A DNA stretch of 64,000 bases from an uncultured Verrucomicrobiae bacterium (lineage in GTDB: Bacteria > Verrucomicrobiota > Verrucomicrobiia > Chthoniobacterales > UBA10450). Where the stretch lies: positions 54,909 to 118,908 of the forward strand of contig CAVSRQ010000011.1 in NCBI GenBank assembly GCA_963730385.1, read 5' to 3'. The first letter of the stretch is position 1, and the number at the start of each line of letters is the position of its first letter. Positions 58,494-64,000 of this stretch are shown piece after piece. The notes beneath the pieces were generated by a model. The model was not told where the DNA came from and did no database searches. It worked only from the letters and a program-made list of their open reading frames with translations. The translations under genes were made by a program, and so were the position numbers.

Positions 58494-60365
58494 ATGTGCG
58501 GCATTGTCGGTTACGTGGGGCGTTCGGAAGCGGGCCCGATCCTTTTGGATGGATTGCGTCGGCTGGAATATCGAGGCTACGATTCTGCCGGAGTAGCGAT
58601 CGTAGATGGCGATAGCGTCGCCACGCGGAAGTGCGCCGGACGCGTCGCTTCGCTGGGCAAGCTTCTCAGTGAAGAGCCAGCTGCGGGCACCTATGGAATC
58701 AGCCACACCCGCTGGGCCACACACGGGAAACCAACCGATCAAAACGCGCATCCGCATTTCGACCAGAGCGGCAAACTGGCGCTGGTGCATAACGGCGTGA
58801 TCGAAAACTACCAGGCGTTAAAAGAAGATCTGCTGAGTAATGGCGAACATTCTTTCGTCTCCGAGACCGATACCGAGGTGTTGGCTCACCTGATTGGCCA
58901 GATTTACGACGATACCTCCAGCGGCGACGTGCCCGCGGGTCAGGATAAGAGCCGTCTCGTCGCCGCCGTTCGCTCGGCGCTGCAACAGGTTATCGGCACC
59001 TACGGAATCGCTCTCGTGCATCGCGATATCCCGGACTTTATGGTCGGCGCCCGCCGCGGGAGCCCGCTCGTTCTGGGCGTCGGGAAAGACGAGAATTTTC
59101 TCGCCAGTGATGTCAGCGCCATCGTGGCTTACACCCGCGACGCCGTTTACCTGAACGACTTCGACGTCGTCGCGGTGGAGCGGGATAAATTCGAGATCAG
59201 TTCCGTAGCCGGTGAAGGCGGCGCCTTCGAATTAAGCAAAGTTGAGTTCACCGACGAGGACATCAAGAAGGGCGACTACGCCCATTACATGCTCAAGGAA
59301 ATCTTCGAGCAACCCGGCTCCGTGCGCGACGCGATGCGCGGCCGCCTTAGTGCGGACGAGTGCACCGCCAAACTCGGTGGCTTGAATATGACCGCCGCGC
59401 AGTTGCGCGACGTCGGCCGCATCGTTCTGACGGGCTGCGGCACCGCGCTCCACGCCGCCATGATCGGCGAGTACATTCTGGAGCAGCTCGCGGGCATCCC
59501 GACCGAGGTGGAATTTGCGAGCGAGTTTCGGCATCGCAATTCCCCGATGACGCGCGACACGCTTGTCTTCGCGATCAGCCAAAGTGGTGAGACCGCCGAC
59601 ACGCTTGGCGCGTTGCGCGAGAGCCAGCGGAAAGGCTATCGCGCCCTCGGTATTTGCAACAACGTCGCCAGCACCATCGGGCGCGAAAGCGACGGCGGCG
59701 TCTACATGCATGCCGGGCCGGAGATCGGCGTTGCGGCCACGAAATCGTTCACTTCGCAGGTCACGATCATGACACTGCTCGGCCTTCTGCTTGGCCGGAT
59801 GCAACACCTCTCCACCTCCGAAGGCACGCGCATTATCGAGGCCTTGGAGAAGTTACCGGCGCAGATCGAGGAAACGCTCAAACTCGAAGCCCAGGTCAAG
59901 CGCATCGCGCAAAAGTATGTCGCCGCCAAGGGCATGCTCTTTTTCGGCCGGCAATTCAATTATCCCGTGGCGCTTGAGGCCGCCCTCAAGGTCAAAGAGA
60001 TCACTTACCTGTTTGCAGAGGGCCACCCGAGCGCGGAGCTCAAGCACGGCATTATCGCATTGATCAATTCGGAGCTGCCCTCCGTCTTCATCACTCCCGA
60101 AGACGCTGTGTTCTCGAAGAACTTGAACAACATGGAGCAGGTGAAAGCGCGGAAAGGCCCGCTCATCGCCATCACCAGTGGCGACGGCGCCAAGCGTCTG
60201 CGTGAGGTGGCCGACGACATTATCACGATCCCGAAGACCGAAGATTATCTCACGCCGATCCTCGCCGTGATCCCGCTGCAGCTCCTCGCTTACCATCTCG
60301 CAGTGGAGCTCGGCCGCGACGTCGATAAGCCGCGCAACCTCGCCAAAAGCGTCACGGTCGAATAA
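58494..60365 (+). CDS. glmS: glutamine--fructose-6-phosphate aminotransferase
   Basis: MCGIVGYVG N-terminal nucleophile, two SIS domains, and a C-terminal ..KPRNLAKSVTVE. Confidence 0.95.
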   Translation: MCGIVGYVGRSEAGPILLDGLRRLEYRGYDSAGVAIVDGDSVATRKCAGRVASLGKLLSEEPAAGTYGISHTRWATHGKPTDQNAHPHFDQSGKLALVHNGVIENYQALKEDLLSNGEHSFVSETDTEVLAHLIGQIYDDTSSGDVPAGQDKSRLVAAVRSALQQVIGTYGIALVHRDIPDFMVGARRGSPLVLGVGKDENFLASDVSAIVAYTRDAVYLNDFDVVAVERDKFEISSVAGEGGAFELSKVEFTDEDIKKGDYAHYMLKEIFEQPGSVRDAMRGRLSADECTAKLGGLNMTAAQLRDVGRIVLTGCGTALHAAMIGEYILEQLAGIPTEVEFASEFRHRNSPMTRDTLVFAISQSGETADTLGALRESQRKGYRALGICNNVASTIGRESDGGVYMHAGPEIGVAATKSFTSQVTIMTLLGLLLGRMQHLSTSEGTRIIEALEKLPAQIEETLKLEAQVKRIAQKYVAAKGMLFFGRQFNYPVALEAALKVKEITYLFAEGHPSAELKHGIIALINSELPSVFITPEDAVFSKNLNNMEQVKARKGPLIAITSGDGAKRLREVADDIITIPKTEDYLTPILAVIPLQLLAYHLAVELGRDVDKPRNLAKSVTVE

Positions 60366-60385
60366 GGCGCCGCGCCGGCGACTGC

Positions 60386-61006
60386 TTACGCCTTTGCGTA
60401 GATGCCGAGCAGCGGACGAGGCGACGGTTTCTTGTTTCGGAAGTCGCTCACGAAACCCGTCTTCGTCCGGATCTCCACGTGCCCAGCTGCCCGGCGCGAT
60501 CCATAAACCAAAATGGCGCCGATCGGGGCTTTGTAAGGATCGCGGATTGCCAGTTTCTTGAAGCCGTAATCACGCACCAGTTCATCGCCCGCCTGCTTCG
60601 CATAGACGGTTTTCGGGTAGGAAGCGATAATCCCCGACGCCAGCAAAGCATTCTTCACATAGCGCCAGCAGCGGGATTTCGAACGCGCATGCGCCCGCTC
60701 CTGCGCAATCGTAGCCGCACGGGCCAGGCGAGGATTGATGCGCGAATCCGCTTTCGCCAGTGGCCGAACGATCCGCTCTTTTTGATAACCATCGACGATC
60801 GGAGCGGCCGCTAAATTTCCGCTGGTATCACGGAAGGTAAATTCCCCCACCGGACGCGCCACAGGCACAGAGCGCGTGATCCTGGTTGCGGCCTGGGCTC
60901 GGGGCTTGGCCAGGTATCGGGCAGCGAAAACATCCGCACTGCTTGCCACCGCACACGCGGCGATCAAAAAGCTCGAAAGGACCAGCAGAGTGCAGCGTTT
61001 TCTCAC
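60386..61006 (-). CDS. secreted putative papain-fold (NlpC/P60-CHAP-like) cysteine peptidase, paralog 1
   Basis: Lipobox-like LIAAC; SKSRCWRYVKNAL (candidate Cys) and AAGHVEIRT (candidate His). Confidence 0.5.
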   Translation of the reverse strand: MRKRCTLLVLSSFLIAACAVASSADVFAARYLAKPRAQAATRITRSVPVARPVGEFTFRDTSGNLAAAPIVDGYQKERIVRPLAKADSRINPRLARAATIAQERAHARSKSRCWRYVKNALLASGIIASYPKTVYAKQAGDELVRDYGFKKLAIRDPYKAPIGAILVYGSRRAAGHVEIRTKTGFVSDFRNKKPSPRPLLGIYAKA

Positions 61007-61092
61007 GGGGCTGCGTTTATGGCGAAAACGCCTCGCTGCCGCAAGTACGTTCTTGCGCGTAAACTACTTAAGCGCGCCGAGAGACGCGTCGA

Positions 61093-61701
61093 CTACGCTT
61101 TCGCGTAGATCCCGATGAGCTTCCGCTTGGAAGGCTTCGGCGCCTGGAAATCGCTCACGAAGCCGTTCTTCGTTCGGATCTCCACGTGGCCGGCACCTGC
61201 TGCGGTGTAGACCAGGACTGCGCCCACGGGAGCAGCGTAAGGATTGTTCATCGCCAGCTTCTTGAAGCCGTAATCGCGCACCAGTTCATCGCCAGCCTGC
61301 TTGGCCAGCGCGGTTTTCGGATAAGAATCCACCGCACCCGCAGCCAGCAGGGCTTCTTTCACGTAGCGCCAGCAGCGCGATTTCGAGTGGGCGTTGGCAC
61401 GCTCTTGGGCAATGGTCGCGGCGCGGGCCAGCGTCGGGTTCAACTTCGGATCAACCTTCGCGATCGGGCCAACGAGCTTCCGCTTTGCAGAGTCGTCGAC
61501 AACCGAGATGGAAATGGTTTTGCCACTCGCATCCTTCATCGCGAAAGGCTTCGCTGTCGTGGTCTGCCGCGCTGCCGGGGTGTTCGGCTGGGAGGCCGAC
61601 GGGCGGTTGCGCACTGGTTCAAAAGTGAGCGAAGGAGCAGCGAAAACGGACGCGGCCATCAAGCTGCCGCAAATGAGGGTTAGGGAAGTGACTTTCAGCA
61701 T
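61093..61701 (-). CDS. secreted putative papain-fold (NlpC/P60-CHAP-like) cysteine peptidase, paralog 2
   Basis: Signal peptide. The C-terminal about 110 aa are identical to paralog 1 at most positions (SKSRCWRYVKEAL ... GAGHVEIRT ... GIYAKA). Confidence 0.5.
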   Translation of the reverse strand: MLKVTSLTLICGSLMAASVFAAPSLTFEPVRNRPSASQPNTPAARQTTTAKPFAMKDASGKTISISVVDDSAKRKLVGPIAKVDPKLNPTLARAATIAQERANAHSKSRCWRYVKEALLAAGAVDSYPKTALAKQAGDELVRDYGFKKLAMNNPYAAPVGAVLVYTAAGAGHVEIRTKNGFVSDFQAPKPSKRKLIGIYAKA

Positions 61702-61901
61702 TAGGGAACGCCCCCTATCGTGTCATTTCCCGGCTGCCGCAAGGATTTTTTGCCAATACCTAGGGTAGTGCGGTATCCGATTCGGACCTCGCCAGGCCCG
61801 ATCGCGACACCGGTCATTGGCAAGGAATAAAGCTCCGATTAGGACTGCGCGGGCGTCGCGCAAAGTCTTGTCGTCACACGCGCCGGGGATAAAATCCCGT
61901 C

Positions 61902-63563
61902 ATGAAAACGAGCCGTCTCCCCGGGATCGTTGCTCTTGTCTTCGCGGCCGCCTCAGCGCTCACTGCGGCGGAACCGCTCTACGACGGCCTCGGGAATCAC
62001 ACGCGCAGAGTCACGACGAAAAACCCGCAGGCGCAGCGTTACTTCAATCAGGGTCTCGCGTTCCTGCATGGGTTTAATCACTCCGCCGCGATTCGTTCAT
62101 TCCAGGAAGCCGCGCGGCTCGATCCCGAGTGCGCGATGGCGCACTGGGGCATTGCTCTGGCATGCGGACCGCATATCAATTTCCCACTCGTGCCGCCGCC
62201 AGCTGCCGAGCTGGCGTGGAAAGAACTCACGCTGGCGCGAGCACATGCCTCCAAAGCCTCACCCGTCGAGCAGGCGCTGATCGAAGCGCTCGGTCATCGC
62301 TACGCCAACCCGCAACCGGAAGATCGCGCGCCGCTTGACCAGGCTTACGCCGACGCCATGCGCGAAGTTTGGAAGAAGTATCCGCAAGACGCCGACGTCG
62401 GCGCCCTTTTTGCCGAGGCCATGATGGATCTGCGGCCATGGGATCAATGGACGCCCGAAGGCAGGGAGCAACCGGGCACTGAAGAAATTCTCGCCACGCT
62501 CAACGCGGTCCTAAAACTGAATCCGCGCCACCCCTTCGCCAATCACCTCTACATCCACGCCGTCGAAGCCTCGCCGAATCCGGAATTAGCCGACAAGGCG
62601 GCGGAGCGCTTGCGCAACTTGCAGCCCGGCCTCGCGCATAACGTCCACATGCCTTCGCACATCGATATCCGCCGCGGCCGCTGGCATCAGGCCGTCGCGA
62701 CGAACACGCGCGCGGTGGAAGCCGACGCCGCCTATCGGAAAACCGCGGGCCAAATGACCGGCCTCGTCCCCGTTTACGCCGCGCACAACCGGCACATGCT
62801 CGCCTACGCCGCCATGATGACAGGCCAGCGCGAACTCGCGATGAGACACATCCGAGCCATGGTGGCCGAGATCCCGCCGGATTTTCTCAAGGAAAACGCA
62901 CACCTGGCGGAAGGCTTCCTCGCCATGCCGCTCGAAGTGCTGGTCCGCTTTGGGCGTTGGGATGACGTGTTGGCCGAACCGGAGAAATATCCCGACTACG
63001 CGCCCTTTACTCGCGCCTTTCACCACGCCGCCCGGGCCTTCGCTTACTCCGGCCAGGGCGACATCGCGAAAGCGCGCGCGGAGCAGGCGACCTTCGCGCA
63101 GCTCGCGCCGCAGGTCACCGACGAGATGTTTCTCGGCAACAACTCCGGCCAATCCATTCTCGCCCTCGCCGCGGAAATGCTGGAAGGCGAAATTTTGATT
63201 CAAGAGCAGAAGATGGATGACGGCATCGCCAAGCTTCAGGCCGCGGTAAAAATGGAGGACGCGCTAAAATACGATGAGCCGCCCGGTTGGCTCATCCCGG
63301 TGCGACACGCGCTCGGCGCCACGCTCATGCGCGCAGAACGCCACGCAGAGGCAGAGCAGGTTTACCGCGAAGATCTGAAGCGATTGCCCGACAACGGCTG
63401 GGGGTTGCGCGGTCTGGCCGATAGCTTGCGCGAGCAAAAGAAAAACGCCGACGAAGTGAAGAATCTGCAGACGCGTTTCGAAAAAATCTGGGCGAAGTCC
63501 GACCTCAAGATCACCAGTTCGTGTCTTTGCCTGCCGGCCAGAACCACCAGCGCCGCCAAGTGA
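61902..63563 (+). CDS. secreted TPR-like repeat protein (hypothetical)
   Basis: Signal peptide, then helical-repeat sequence (AQRYFNQGLAFLHGFNHSAAIRSFQEAARLDP...). Confidence 0.6.
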   Translation: MKTSRLPGIVALVFAAASALTAAEPLYDGLGNHTRRVTTKNPQAQRYFNQGLAFLHGFNHSAAIRSFQEAARLDPECAMAHWGIALACGPHINFPLVPPPAAELAWKELTLARAHASKASPVEQALIEALGHRYANPQPEDRAPLDQAYADAMREVWKKYPQDADVGALFAEAMMDLRPWDQWTPEGREQPGTEEILATLNAVLKLNPRHPFANHLYIHAVEASPNPELADKAAERLRNLQPGLAHNVHMPSHIDIRRGRWHQAVATNTRAVEADAAYRKTAGQMTGLVPVYAAHNRHMLAYAAMMTGQRELAMRHIRAMVAEIPPDFLKENAHLAEGFLAMPLEVLVRFGRWDDVLAEPEKYPDYAPFTRAFHHAARAFAYSGQGDIAKARAEQATFAQLAPQVTDEMFLGNNSGQSILALAAEMLEGEILIQEQKMDDGIAKLQAAVKMEDALKYDEPPGWLIPVRHALGATLMRAERHAEAEQVYREDLKRLPDNGWGLRGLADSLREQKKNADEVKNLQTRFEKIWAKSDLKITSSCLCLPARTTSAAK

Positions 63564-63567
63564 CGAA

Positions 63568-64000
63568 TCAAGGCACGGGCTGCGCTTCGCTCTTCCCTTC
63601 CACGATTCGATATCTTTGATCGAGCGATAACTTCTCGAAGCGCTGTTTCGCTCCGCCCGGCCAGGTCACTTCCACGCTCCGGATCGCTGTCGCATCCCCG
63701 AGCCCGATCTCCTGCGCAAGCGTGGAACCGCCGTAGCTGCCGCCACTGGAAACGAGCGCGTGCGACGTGCGGGCGCCATGCGGCGTTTCCACTTCCACCG
63801 CGATGCGCGCGCCAATCGCGCTGCGATTGATTTTCGTGCCGGTTAATTCCAGATGCAGCCAGCGATTCTCGCCGCCGGGATTCAGAAAAAGCGCACGCGG
63901 GAAGATATCGCCGGGAAATTCGCCGCCCAAGACCTGCAAAATGTCCTCGTCGCCGTCGCCATCCACATCGCCCACCGCGACTGCGCTCCCCTTCTGCAGA
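63568..64000 (-). CDS. CRTAC1-family protein fragment (FG-GAP/VCBS repeat plus ASPIC/UnbV domain), N-terminus outside window
   Basis: AVAVGDVDGDGDEDI FG-GAP repeat, then NRSAIGARIAVE..SSGGSYGGSTL..EIGLGDA..VEVTWPGG (UnbV_ASPIC). The frame is open to the window edge. Confidence 0.7.
   Translation of the reverse strand, partial: LQKGSAVAVGDVDGDGDEDILQVLGGEFPGDIFPRALFLNPGGENRWLHLELTGTKINRSAIGARIAVEVETPHGARTSHALVSSGGSYGGSTLAQEIGLGDATAIRSVEVTWPGGAKQRFEKLSLDQRYRIVEGKSEAQPVP

Noticed and set aside
1-64000. CRISPR arrays, IS elements or transposases, integrases, prophage genes and rRNA.
   Set aside because: None was found on either strand. The only repeats seen are the CTGATT cluster (51586-51688), the tandem peptidase paralogs and the two hsp20 copies.

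Overview
GC-rich bacterial chromosomal window. Its gene content fits a soil Verrucomicrobiota/PVC-group organism: a Minf_1886-family protein, an ADOP-type duplicated FtsX permease, DUF1844, and many secreted BNR, TonB-receptor and TPR proteins. I can support about 57 protein-coding genes and two tRNAs (Lys-TTT, Ala-CGC). I found no rRNA, CRISPR array, transposase or integrase. Most of the window is housekeeping: ribD, two hsp20, recA, alaS, yebC, trpD, topoisomerase IB, an M16 peptidase, DAHP synthase, fba, lpxD, glgC and glmS. Three things stand out. (1) Seven genes, including recA and alaS, are split by single-base insertions that all lie in short G or C runs. These are most likely assembly indels. 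They are unevenly dense, peaking in a LanB-like gene and a sensor kinase. (2) A same-strand block at 38.3-45.5 kb lies just downstream of a tRNA-Ala and a degenerate HNH gene. It contains a REC-histidine-kinase hybrid, a stand-alone LanB-like (small LanB/PEARL-like) protein, a ParA ATPase that overlaps it by ATGA, a DNA-modification/repair-type radical SAM protein, and a DUF4130-UdgX fusion carrying the KRRIH covalent-crosslink loop. (3) A divergently transcribed operon at 45.7-51.6 kb encodes a FabF-like ketosynthase followed by two GAF/PAS sensor kinases. The ketosynthase keeps its active-site Cys but has lost both catalytic His residues. This suggests a lipid-derived signal synthase plus sensor module. 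All functional assignments rest on motifs read by eye from the translations; no database search was possible.
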